A stretch of DNA of 64,000 nucleotides from Gammaproteobacteria bacterium (GTDB lineage Bacteria; Pseudomonadota; Gammaproteobacteria; Eutrophobiales; Eutrophobiaceae), in contig CBDEUK010000002.1 in NCBI GenBank assembly GCA_965243205.1, positions 256,001 through 320,000 on the forward strand. Reading direction: 5' to 3'. Positions within the stretch are counted from its first letter, which is position 1. Each line of letters begins with the position of its first letter. The notes below the pieces were generated by a model, which saw only the letters and a list, made by a program, of their open reading frames with translations, was not told the DNA's origin and ran no database searches. Both the position numbers and the translations under genes were made by a program. Of this stretch, positions 18,938 to 27,924 are shown in pieces.

Positions 18938-19696
18938 TTACATGTTTTTTCTTCTGAAAAGGATGGTTCCTATGCTGCTCATGAGTAACCAAACACCTGC
19001 TGGGACAGGAACTGCACTAACGGTCAAATCGTCTAAAGCAAAATAAGCTGGTGTGTTCATTCCAAATTGTCCTACGTCTGATGAAGCTAGTGAAAAACCG
19101 ATTTTACTGACGACACCTAAGCTAGTTAGATCTACCCATAACCAATTGTTTAATGCCTGCTCAGAAACAGCATCCCATAATTGAACATCAACTGAATTGG
19201 TAAGATTTGAATTAGCATCGTATCCAGAGATAGTTAAAGTAAAAAAATCCGTATTATCAAAAGGACCTTTGACAAAACCGGCACCATCGTTGCCATCTTG
19301 AATGGCTAAATAGGCGTAAGTTGAGTTTGTAATATAAGCGCCATTAACAATGCTGGATGATGCAAAATCAATATCTGTATTTCCTGGGTTTGCTATACCA
19401 TAGTTTTGTGAGTTGTTAGCACCGATGCCAGTAATAGCACTGTGTTGATTACTAAAGCCGGCAGTAGTGGTATCGGTTTGATTACTGTAGAACCAACCAG
19501 ATGCACAACAGTTAAAGGCTTCATTCCAATCTTGATTGAAGGTAATGCCACCACTATTAAAAGTTGTATCAAAACCTGCAACAAATGCTGAATTATTAGG
19601 TAAGCTTAAATCATCAAACGTTGCAACATTTGCATTGGCTAGGTTTGGTATTATTAATGTTGATAATAATCCTATAGATAAAAGATAATTTCTCAT
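18938..19696 (-). CDS. DUF4465-family surface protein with VPLPA/PEP-CTERM sorting signal (putative B12-binding, BtuJ-like)
   Basis: Signal peptide; ATFDDL, GWFYSN.TD, YITNSTYAYL, FTLTI.GYD, WVDLTSLG and SSDVG.FGMNTPAYFALDD motifs; C-terminal AVPVPAGVWLL-TM-RRK. Confidence 0.8.
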   Translation of the reverse strand: MRNYLLSIGLLSTLIIPNLANANVATFDDLSLPNNSAFVAGFDTTFNSGGITFNQDWNEAFNCCASGWFYSNQTDTTTAGFSNQHSAITGIGANNSQNYGIANPGNTDIDFASSSIVNGAYITNSTYAYLAIQDGNDGAGFVKGPFDNTDFFTLTISGYDANSNLTNSVDVQLWDAVSEQALNNWLWVDLTSLGVVSKIGFSLASSDVGQFGMNTPAYFALDDLTVSAVPVPAGVWLLMSSIGTILFRRKNM

Positions 19697-19710
19697 ATGT
19701 AGGTACCTCT

Positions 19711-20544
19711 TTAGTTTTTATTAGTTGTATAAATTCTTTTGCTTATAAAAGTGATAATCAAAAATAAAATGAATTGTGAATAAATTGGCAGTGGAATAGG
19801 GGTTGGTGGACTTTCTTGAATGTGAATCACACCTACGGCTTCTAAATCAAAACCAGCACTCTGAGTAGTTTTATAAGGATCATAAATCGGATTGGGCCCA
19901 CCAAATTCAGAAGATAAGTCATCGAACTCGGTACCGTTGCCTAAAATATCAATTAATCGTACATAACGAATATTATTAATATCTAAACCTGGAGTGCCTG
20001 CGAGTTCATTAAGATCAAAAGGTGTTCCAAATGCAGCTCGATATTTACCCGCATAACCATGAATATTAATTGGGTCGACGTTTCCAAATGCCCCGACTGG
20101 TAAAAACGTAAAAGAAAAGTTTTCAAATCGAGTGTAGTTAATTCCATCAGAACTTACTTCAACAAAGGCCAGTTCTAAAAAGGTATCACTAAAGGCATTG
20201 CCAAAGATTGCAAAGTCAGCACCAGTCCCATCATAGATAACCCCATTAAACGTCATTGTTATTTGACCACCATTGCCAAGACTTACTGTGTCAAAAACAG
20301 GATCAACTAGACTTGAAGGACCTAAGGCTTTTTCTGGTGTCTGAAAAGTAGCACTGATATCAGTGCCGTATATTAAATCTTGATAACCAGTAGCCCATGC
20401 TTGAATACTAGTTGAAGTAGATGCAATGGCAGTGGAACCAGGTTGGCCAGCAGCAGGAGCATAAGGCCAAGTGACAGCAATCAACGGTTTACTGTAGAAG
20501 AAAAATATCGAAATAATTAGATAGAGTTTAATTTTCATATACAA
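19711..20544 (-). CDS. secreted surface protein with C-terminal Pro-rich/TM/basic sorting signal (BtuH-like motifs)
   Basis: Signal peptide; VSLGNGGQITMTF, DFAIFGNAF, ELAFVEVSSDG, GYAG, PFDL and IRYVRLID motifs; tail PTPIPLP-TM-KR. Confidence 0.65.
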   Translation of the reverse strand: MYMKIKLYLIISIFFFYSKPLIAVTWPYAPAAGQPGSTAIASTSTSIQAWATGYQDLIYGTDISATFQTPEKALGPSSLVDPVFDTVSLGNGGQITMTFNGVIYDGTGADFAIFGNAFSDTFLELAFVEVSSDGINYTRFENFSFTFLPVGAFGNVDPINIHGYAGKYRAAFGTPFDLNELAGTPGLDINNIRYVRLIDILGNGTEFDDLSSEFGGPNPIYDPYKTTQSAGFDLEAVGVIHIQESPPTPIPLPIYSQFILFLIITFISKRIYTTNKN

Positions 20545-20550
20545 ATATTA

Positions 20551-22578
20551 TTAAAAAATGAATCGTATACCTGAATAAATATTACGTTCAGGTTGAGGAT
20601 AAAATGTTTGAGAAAAAGCGATGGTTGAATAAATTTCATTAAATAAATTATTTACGCCAACAAAGAATTCAATATTGTCTTTATTAAACTGTAATTCAGC
20701 ATCTTCAACGCGATAAGCTTTGAGTTTTGGTAATGTATTGCTTAAATCATTACCATCGTAACGCTCACCGACATAATGCGTACTTAATAATAGATTTGCC
20801 CAAGGAAGTAATTGCCATTGCATGCTTGCATTAGCAGTGAGTCTTGGAGCATGTGGAATATCTGATGATTGAAACTTGGGGCGGACGTATCCAAAATTAC
20901 CATTTAAAGTTAAGCCTTCTAATGGAATTACCGTTAATTCTAATTCAAAGCCAGTACGTTTGGTTTTTTCACGCAAATTAAAATTCACGTTTTGTAGTGT
21001 GGTGGTATCAAACCCAAAGAAAATTTCATTACGATTTTTCAACTGGAAGATTGAAGCTGATAATTGAAGTTTTGAAGAATAATATCGAAAGCCAGCTTCT
21101 GTATTATTGCCTGATTGAGGTCTTAGTGTGTTTGATGCTAAAACTAATTCATCGCTGTTCGGTGTACGAAAATTTCTAGAGAAATTGGTATAGACATACC
21201 AATGATTATTTATTTGATAGTTTAAACCAAACTCATAAGCTTCACTTTCCCAATCTTCTGATTGTCTACCAGTAACTCGATAGCCGAAGACTGGTGGGGG
21301 AGCGGATATTAATCCAACGGACTGCCGTAGCTGTTTTGCATGAAACCAGTTATGACGATATCCAATATTGAATAGTAAACTATTTGTTAAATTTGATTCG
21401 AATACAATATAGGTTCCTTGTTCATAAACACTTGCATCAGTACGTACTTCATTTATTTGTTCTTCGCCTTCTGAACGTAAATAGTCACTGTGATGGTAAC
21501 TGAAGCCAGATTCTATTTTAGTATTCCGATTGAATAGCTGAAATGGATAGACATGATCTATATTTAAATCTAAATATTCACCAGACAATAAAATATTTTC
21601 TCGTTGTAATAAGGATGTTGCTGGGTTGAAATTCAAAACATTCGGATCCGTTTTGCGATTGCGATAAGCTGCAATTAAATTCATTTCTCCTGCTTCTTTT
21701 AAATCAATATCGCTGCCAATGGAGAATCTATATTCACGAGTTTCATTAAAATCAAATGGTGTATTAGTGCTGCGTCTCGTCGTTGATGAGGTGTTAAAAT
21801 TTTCTAGTGATACGTTGCCTGGACTTCCCGCTTTATCATCGTGCAAAGAGGTGTTTAGAAAAAAAGAAAGAATATCGGAGTGCTTGTAATTAAATTTTAA
21901 TGCATAGTTTTTTGACTCTAAGTAACCATTGTCTCGATAGCCATTTGTATCTAAGGTCGACACTCTAAAGCTAGTAGCTAATTTATTGCTTGCGATTGAA
22001 CCACTAATATTATTTTCCCAACGATCAAACGATCCATATTGAGTTTGTAATGATAATGATCGACTATTAGGAGAAGCTTGTTTGGTTTTGATATCAATAA
22101 CACCGCCTACAGCATTATTTCCGTAACGAACGGAACCACCACCACGAATGATTTTTACTGATTTAATATTATCGAGTGGAATAGATGATAAATCGGCGGA
22201 TGCTAAGGTATCGCTATTAATTCGTACTCCATCGACAAAAATAGCAACATTACTAACAGCGGTTTCACCTTGCCCACGAATATCGATACTGGCTAAACGA
22301 TCATCACCATAAAAGGATTTTAAATTCAGATTGGCTTGAGACTTTAAAACATCGATTAATGAATTTGCAGTTGATTGCTGAATATCATCTGCTGTAATGA
22401 TTTTAATGCTTTGTGATTTCGATAGTATCGATTCAGCAGGTGATACAGCTATAACATCTAGCGTATCGAGTTGTAAAATATCATCATTTGCATGACAAAT
22501 GGATGCGATAAACATTGTTAATACAACAATATTTACTACAGCATTAAAGAACATTTTTTTATTTAAAAGCTGACTCAT
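20551..22578 (-). CDS. TonB-dependent receptor, probable cobalamin transporter (BtuB-like)
   Basis: Plug motifs IDIRGQG, AIFVDG and IIRGGGSVRYGNNAVGGVIDI; C-terminal NNLFNE.Y...RNIYSGIRFIF; directly downstream of a cobalamin riboswitch. Confidence 0.88.
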   Translation of the reverse strand: MSQLLNKKMFFNAVVNIVVLTMFIASICHANDDILQLDTLDVIAVSPAESILSKSQSIKIITADDIQQSTANSLIDVLKSQANLNLKSFYGDDRLASIDIRGQGETAVSNVAIFVDGVRINSDTLASADLSSIPLDNIKSVKIIRGGGSVRYGNNAVGGVIDIKTKQASPNSRSLSLQTQYGSFDRWENNISGSIASNKLATSFRVSTLDTNGYRDNGYLESKNYALKFNYKHSDILSFFLNTSLHDDKAGSPGNVSLENFNTSSTTRRSTNTPFDFNETREYRFSIGSDIDLKEAGEMNLIAAYRNRKTDPNVLNFNPATSLLQRENILLSGEYLDLNIDHVYPFQLFNRNTKIESGFSYHHSDYLRSEGEEQINEVRTDASVYEQGTYIVFESNLTNSLLFNIGYRHNWFHAKQLRQSVGLISAPPPVFGYRVTGRQSEDWESEAYEFGLNYQINNHWYVYTNFSRNFRTPNSDELVLASNTLRPQSGNNTEAGFRYYSSKLQLSASIFQLKNRNEIFFGFDTTTLQNVNFNLREKTKRTGFELELTVIPLEGLTLNGNFGYVRPKFQSSDIPHAPRLTANASMQWQLLPWANLLLSTHYVGERYDGNDLSNTLPKLKAYRVEDAELQFNKDNIEFFVGVNNLFNEIYSTIAFSQTFYPQPERNIYSGIRFIF

Positions 22579-22703
22579 ACTATTTCAGTCAGCGGAAGGC
22601 GCTTTTATGAATGTGTCACGCGACAAAAGCTATAGGCGTATAATCCTATATCAAGCAGTTAACCCATTCATGATGCCCACCGCATCATTGGTTCAAATTT
22701 CGA

Positions 22704-22890
22704 AATAGGCCGGTATCCGGGCTGATGAGTTGCTATTTTGCCTAACTATTCCCTTCCCACGAACAAGTCGCAGTGGTTACGAATAGGGTTTACTCAATCA
22801 CCGTTGCGGGGGCAGCGTTGGATTTGTTTTAAAATTAAACCACCAAACTTCCCGTTTAACTTGCATTAAATTGATGCAAGCACCTATAAC
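22704..22890 (-). ncRNA. cobalamin (AdoCbl) riboswitch
   Basis: Minus strand GGTG...TTAAACGGGAA...GGTG...AATCCAACGCTGCCCCCGCAACGGTGA...CCACTG...GGGAAGG...AGCCCGGATACCGGCC (B12 box). Confidence 0.95.
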
Positions 22891-23026
22891 TGTGCGGATG
22901 ATATGTTTTTTTACGGTAACTTAAAAGCTTTTTTTGATACAATCACAATGGCAGAGTTATGCAGTATTGAATTTTAGTTCTATAATAATATTCCATATCA
23001 ATTTATTTTTTTTACGAGATATTTTT

Positions 23027-23551
23027 ATGAATAAACATCTTTGGTTGTTTTTTGGTCTTGTGCTCATTGTATTATTTTCAAGATTAATTCCACACCCACC
23101 TAACTTTACACCTATTGTTGCATTAGGCTTGTTTATAGGTGCATATTCCAAAAATGCTTTTATGTGGGCATTGCCACTATTAGGTGTTTTATTAAGTGAT
23201 TTTATTTTAGGTTTTTATCATCCGATGAGTATGGCTGCAGTTTATTTAGGAATTATTTTAAGCGCTGTAGTAGGTAAATTATTTTTATTTAATAAAATTA
23301 AAGCAGTGAATGTATTCGGATCTTCCATAGGGTCAGCGGTTATATTTTTTATCGTTTCAAATTTCGGTGTTTGGATGAGCGGCCAGTTTTATCCGTTATC
23401 ACTAACCGGTCTGACTGAGTGTTATATTGCAGCGATTCCATTTTTCAAAAATACATTGATTTCAACAGTTTTATATTCCACAGCTTTATTTTTAATATAT
23501 GAATATATAAAAAATAAAGACAACCCTTTAGCTATGTCTAAAAGTTATTAA
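23027..23551 (+). CDS. DUF6580-type membrane protein, putative ECF S-component-like B12 transporter
   Basis: RLIPHPPNFTPIVALGLFIGA, FFIVSNFGVW and CYIAAIPFF motifs; multi-TM. ATG at 23027 preferred over the track's TTG at 22934. Confidence 0.75.
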   Translation: MNKHLWLFFGLVLIVLFSRLIPHPPNFTPIVALGLFIGAYSKNAFMWALPLLGVLLSDFILGFYHPMSMAAVYLGIILSAVVGKLFLFNKIKAVNVFGSSIGSAVIFFIVSNFGVWMSGQFYPLSLTGLTECYIAAIPFFKNTLISTVLYSTALFLIYEYIKNKDNPLAMSKSY

Positions 23552-23583
23552 ATTTATTTTTTTATAGGTTTGTTGTTGTAAAA

Positions 23584-24144
23584 ATGTCTGATCGAATTTC
23601 TAAGATAGTAACTAAAACGGGTGATGGTGGTACAACCGGTCTTGGCGATGGCTCTAGAGTTGATAAAGATACATTTCGTATACAAGCGATTGGTACTATT
23701 GATGAACTTAATAGTCATCTAGGTGTTATAATAGCCAGTGGTGTCAGTAATGATATTTCTGGGTATTTGTTAAATATTCAACACCGTTTATTTGATGTTG
23801 GTGGTGAGTTGGCTGTTCCTGGTAATGCAGTACTTTCAGAAGAATCAATAGAACGCATTGAAGAATTAATCGAAACTTATAATGAAGATTTACCTCCACT
23901 AAAAGAATTTATACTACCTGGTGGAAATCTAACGGGTTCAATTTGTCATTTAGCGCGCTGTGTATGCCGAAGAGCTGAGCGTCATTTAATTTCTTTATCT
24001 AGAAATGAGTATGTTAATCCATTGACTATTGTTTATATTAATCGTCTTTCGGATTTATTATTTGTATTTGCTCGGACATTGGTTTTAGCGGCAGGCGATC
24101 GAGAAGTTTATTGGGAAAGTAAGCGATTAAAAAATTCTGTTTAA
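23584..24144 (+). CDS. PduO-type ATP:cob(I)alamin adenosyltransferase
   Basis: KIVTKTGDGGTT, GTIDELNS, FILPGG, RRAER and NRLSDLLF motifs. Confidence 0.93.
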   Translation: MSDRISKIVTKTGDGGTTGLGDGSRVDKDTFRIQAIGTIDELNSHLGVIIASGVSNDISGYLLNIQHRLFDVGGELAVPGNAVLSEESIERIEELIETYNEDLPPLKEFILPGGNLTGSICHLARCVCRRAERHLISLSRNEYVNPLTIVYINRLSDLLFVFARTLVLAAGDREVYWESKRLKNSV

Positions 24145-24155
24145 TTAGCGAAAGT

Positions 24156-24800
24156 TTATTTTTGTATTTTTAAAACACGTCCTTCTCGTTGCATATCAAA
24201 TTTACTTAAAAATGAATTGCCTAGTAAGATAATAGCTGGAAAATCTGAGTCATGGACACTGCCCGTAACATCTCGTAGTTCTAAATCGCCAACTTTTACT
24301 TTTTTTAATTTCACAATATAAACTTCTGAAACACCACTGGCTGTTTGAGAAAAAGATTTTTTGCCTTCTAATTTATAATTAATGCCAACTCTTTTAGCAA
24401 CATTTCGATTCATAGAAACTAAAGTTGCACCTGTATCAACCAGCATTTCAACTTGAAAGCCATTGATACTACCATTCACAAAATACATACCTCTAGAGTT
24501 TGGAGCTACAGTTAACGTGGCCTCTTTATTAGCTTTTTTGAATTGATTGCTGATTTTTGTGCCCAGCTTCATTTTTTTGCGTTCGCCATTAATTTCCAAT
24601 ACAGCGAATTCACTATCGGCTGAGATTAGAAGAACACCTTCAGGACTACGTTTACCTTTTTTTAATACACGTTGTTTACCATCGATACTAATAACGGCTT
24701 TATCTTTAAATAAACCAATAACACTGACACGTTCTACGGCAAGACTATTAATATTAATTAAAATTAAAAAAATTAATAATCCATATTTGACAAAATGCAT
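24156..24800 (-). CDS. clan AA retropepsin-like aspartic protease (TIGR02281 type)
   Basis: Signal peptide; LVDTGAT catalytic motif; LLGNSFL. Confidence 0.88.
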   Translation of the reverse strand: MHFVKYGLLIFLILININSLAVERVSVIGLFKDKAVISIDGKQRVLKKGKRSPEGVLLISADSEFAVLEINGERKKMKLGTKISNQFKKANKEATLTVAPNSRGMYFVNGSINGFQVEMLVDTGATLVSMNRNVAKRVGINYKLEGKKSFSQTASGVSEVYIVKLKKVKVGDLELRDVTGSVHDSDFPAIILLGNSFLSKFDMQREGRVLKIQK

Positions 24801-24878
24801 TGATATTCCAGTTGTGGTCTATATTGATTCATTATTATAGACAAATTTATGCTGATAGGTTTAATTATCTATCAATCA

Positions 24879-25748
24879 TTATTGAATGATTTTGGGAATT
24901 AAATTGATATCCCAATGTTTAGTTGCCCAATCTAATATGATTTTAGGCTCTTCGTAAATTAGATCTTGAGGAATTGATTGACCAAGAAATTTTAATGCAT
25001 TTGTTAACTGCGTTTGAATATCATGTTCATCGATTGGTTTCGCGAAAGTTTGTTTGCTGAGCTTTTCTCCTTGTTGATTTATCACTACGGGGATATGACC
25101 ATATATTGGAGTTTTATATTCAAGTAATATTTGCAGATAAATTTGACGAGGTGTTGAATCAAGTAAATCTGCACCACGAATAATATGAGTAATACCAGAC
25201 TTATGATCATCAATGACAGTAGCAAGATGATATGAAAACATCTTATCAGAACGATATATAACAAAATCTCCAACATCTGATATTAAATTTTGTTGAAACT
25301 TGGCCTGAATTAGATCATTTACAATACCGTCATTATTTTTAACTTTTAATCGAATCGAACTATCTGCGTCTGTAATTTTTTTATTGCGACAATTTCCAGG
25401 ATATGGACCATTAGGTAAAATTTTGCGTGTACATACACAACGATAGACGTCATCAGACTCAATTAATCTTTGTAATATTTCTTCATACTGCGATAGTTGT
25501 TGCTGTTGATAAACAACTTCTTCGTCCCACTCTAATCCATAAGATTCAAGTGTATGTAAAATAAGTTCGTTGTATTCAGGTTTACAACGTTGATGATCGA
25601 TATCATCTATACGAACTAGCCAAGTTCCAGAGTGAGATTTTGCATCGATATAACTAGCAACGGCCGCAACGAGAGAACCAAAATGCAGTGGGCCAGTAGG
25701 AGAGGGGGCAAAACGCCCCCGATATTTTGTTTTAGTTGGGAATGGCAT
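24879..25748 (-). CDS. gluQ: glutamyl-Q tRNA(Asp) synthetase
   Basis: RFAPSPTGPLHFGSL, IIRGADL, KLSKQ; short GluRS paralog downstream of dksA. Confidence 0.93.
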   Translation of the reverse strand: MPFPTKTKYRGRFAPSPTGPLHFGSLVAAVASYIDAKSHSGTWLVRIDDIDHQRCKPEYNELILHTLESYGLEWDEEVVYQQQQLSQYEEILQRLIESDDVYRCVCTRKILPNGPYPGNCRNKKITDADSSIRLKVKNNDGIVNDLIQAKFQQNLISDVGDFVIYRSDKMFSYHLATVIDDHKSGITHIIRGADLLDSTPRQIYLQILLEYKTPIYGHIPVVINQQGEKLSKQTFAKPIDEHDIQTQLTNALKFLGQSIPQDLIYEEPKIILDWATKHWDINLIPKIIQ

Positions 25749-25777
25749 ATTCCCGAAAGATTAGTCTATGAAAAAAA

Positions 25778-26527
25778 TTATCGTGTACGGTCATCCATAT
25801 CGCTGAATTGGCGTTTACGCAACTCACGGCGTTCTTGTGCTTCGATACATAAGGTTGCAACTGGACGAGCTTCTAAACGTTTAACACCAATTTCTTCGCC
25901 CGTTTCTTCACAATAGCCATAAGTACCTTCGTCGATACGGTTAAGAGCGGCATTGATTTTACGTAATAATTTACGCTCTCTATCACGAGTTCTAAGTTCT
26001 AATCCGAACTCTTCTTCTTGTGTCGCTCTATCAGCAGGATCAGGAAAATTACTCGCGTCTTCTTTCATATGGTCAACGGTACGATTGACTTCTTCAATTA
26101 AATCGTTTTTCCAGTTGAGTAAGATTTCACGAAAGTGCTCTAGTTGAGCATCATTCATATAATCTTCATTTTTTTCTGGCTCATAAGGGATGAAGTCCTG
26201 AGGACCATCGACTTTTTTAACTTTTGAGACAGTTTTCTTAGCAGGAGCTTTTTTCTTAACTGCTTTCTTTGCTTCTGTTTTCTTAGTTGAAGCTTTTTTG
26301 GTGGTTTTTTTCTTAGATACGGATTTAGTACTACTCACTTTTTTTGCGACCTTCTTTGCTACTTTTTTCTTAACTGTCTTTTTAGCTACTTTCTTTTTTG
26401 ATGTGGTCTTTTTCTTAGCGACAGTCTTCTTTTTGGCTGCAGTTTTTTTTGCAACCTTCTTAGTTACTTTTTTAGCTACCTTTTTCTTGGCAACTTTCTT
26501 TTTAGCTGTTTTCTTTTTTGCAGCCAT
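25778..26527 (-). CDS. dksA: RNA polymerase-binding protein DksA with Lys/Ala-rich N-terminal extension
   Basis: YMN..QLEHF, DPADRA, ELRTRDRERKL and RLEARP.ATLC motifs. Start at MAAKKK (26527) preferred. Confidence 0.93.
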   Translation of the reverse strand: MAAKKKTAKKKVAKKKVAKKVTKKVAKKTAAKKKTVAKKKTTSKKKVAKKTVKKKVAKKVAKKVSSTKSVSKKKTTKKASTKKTEAKKAVKKKAPAKKTVSKVKKVDGPQDFIPYEPEKNEDYMNDAQLEHFREILLNWKNDLIEEVNRTVDHMKEDASNFPDPADRATQEEEFGLELRTRDRERKLLRKINAALNRIDEGTYGYCEETGEEIGVKRLEARPVATLCIEAQERRELRKRQFSDMDDRTR

Positions 26528-26605
26528 AATTTTGCTTCCTACGAGTGTGTTCGTGAAATCAGCCGCCTTTTTTACCAGAAAGCCCATACCGAGGCAATCT
26601 TGATT

Positions 26606-27328
26606 TTAAGAGGCAATTGTGATCTTTTTGTATTCTTTTACCCAAATATTCGTAGCAGCACACACAGCAACTGGCATGACGATGAAATTTAACAAAGGGA
26701 TCATTGCCATTAACATTGTCATTGAGCCAAAACCGAGAGCGAGCCAACGTTTCTGTTTAATTAATAAACGTTCTTGCTTAAATTTCATACCATGATTAGC
26801 CATTGGAAAATCAATATATTGCAATGCCAGCATCCATGCACCGAATAATAGCCATAGGAACTGCATCCCAGGGATAAAAGACAACAGTAGTACAGGTATG
26901 GCTCGGGTTGCGTAATACAGCAGTTTGGATAATTCAGATGTAATAGCAGTGATAATTTCCATTGTGATGGAACGACTAGGCAGAACCATATCCTTATCGG
27001 ATAGATAGAGTTCTACAGCTTCTGCTAAAAAACCATTAAATGGTGCTGCAATCAGATTAGCTAATATAGAAAAAGTAAAAAAAACAAAGACTAACATTGC
27101 AAATATGAATAATGGCCAAATCAACCATTGAAGCCATTCTAACCAACTCCACCAATTAGCAATACTAATAACAAATTCTTGAGTTTGGTAAATCGCAAAC
27201 CAGATAGCGATTGAAAAGAGTATGATATTGACGAATAAAGGAACAAAGACGTACTTTCGTATTTTGGGTTTAAAAATAAAGCCAAAACCAGAGAAGAAAT
27301 ACGAAACACCGCGAAAAAAGTCGTTCAT
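26606..27328 (-). CDS. cysZ: sulfate transporter CysZ (EI24 family)
   Basis: ANLIAAPFNGFLAEAVE, WMLALQYIDFP and IPLLNFIVMPVAVCAAT motifs. Confidence 0.9.
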   Translation of the reverse strand: MNDFFRGVSYFFSGFGFIFKPKIRKYVFVPLFVNIILFSIAIWFAIYQTQEFVISIANWWSWLEWLQWLIWPLFIFAMLVFVFFTFSILANLIAAPFNGFLAEAVELYLSDKDMVLPSRSITMEIITAITSELSKLLYYATRAIPVLLLSFIPGMQFLWLLFGAWMLALQYIDFPMANHGMKFKQERLLIKQKRWLALGFGSMTMLMAMIPLLNFIVMPVAVCAATNIWVKEYKKITIAS

Positions 27329-27340
27329 ATTTATATTGCT

Positions 27341-27730
27341 TTACGGTAACTCAACTTTATTAGGAGCTTGCCATTTTGGGTTTCTATGTTCTGCTATGAC
27401 AGTGGTATAAATTCCACCTCTCACGTTAAATTCGCCCGTAACCTTCATATAGTTAGGTTGGATAGCATTCACTATGTCATCGAGTATTTCATTGGTAACG
27501 GCTTCATGAAAGGCTCCTCGTTCACGAAATGTCCACATGTATAATTTGAGTGATTTCAATTCCACACATAGTTCGTTTGGTACGTAAGCAATTTCAATAT
27601 TAGCAAAGTCAGGCTGTCCTGTTTTGGGGCATAAACAGGTAAATTCAGGGATATCTATGCGTATTGTAAATGTGTTTTCAGGTGATGGATTAGGAAATGT
27701 TTCTAAGTCTTTGCTTGGCTGTAATGCCAT
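27341..27730 (-). CDS. queF: NADPH-dependent preQ0 reductase (short type I QueF)
   Basis: [31 protein letters not shown] and FNVRGGI motifs. Confidence 0.95.
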   Translation of the reverse strand: MALQPSKDLETFPNPSPENTFTIRIDIPEFTCLCPKTGQPDFANIEIAYVPNELCVELKSLKLYMWTFRERGAFHEAVTNEILDDIVNAIQPNYMKVTGEFNVRGGIYTTVIAEHRNPKWQAPNKVELP

Positions 27731-27924
27731 TGTTTTTACCTCTATTTATGACAACTCTTAACGATAACATAAAAAAATCTAAAGCGGAGCTAACTCTTAA
27801 TAAAAAACTTTAAATAAACATGCTATATTATATAAATCAATAAGTTATATTATTACTTTAAAGTAAAAAATAGTTTTAAGTTTTGCTTGTCTCGACTATT
27901 TTAACTCTGCTATTGTTACGCCCC

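Noticed and set aside
22934-23026. Extended TTG start for the DUF6580-type gene (likewise 27883 for smc and 26587 for dksA)
   Set aside because: Family-typical N-termini begin at downstream ATGs (23027, 27925, 26527).
26298-26603. 101-aa Phe/Leu-rich plus-strand ORF resembling a membrane protein
   Set aside because: Antisense shadow of the Lys/Ala repeats of dksA.
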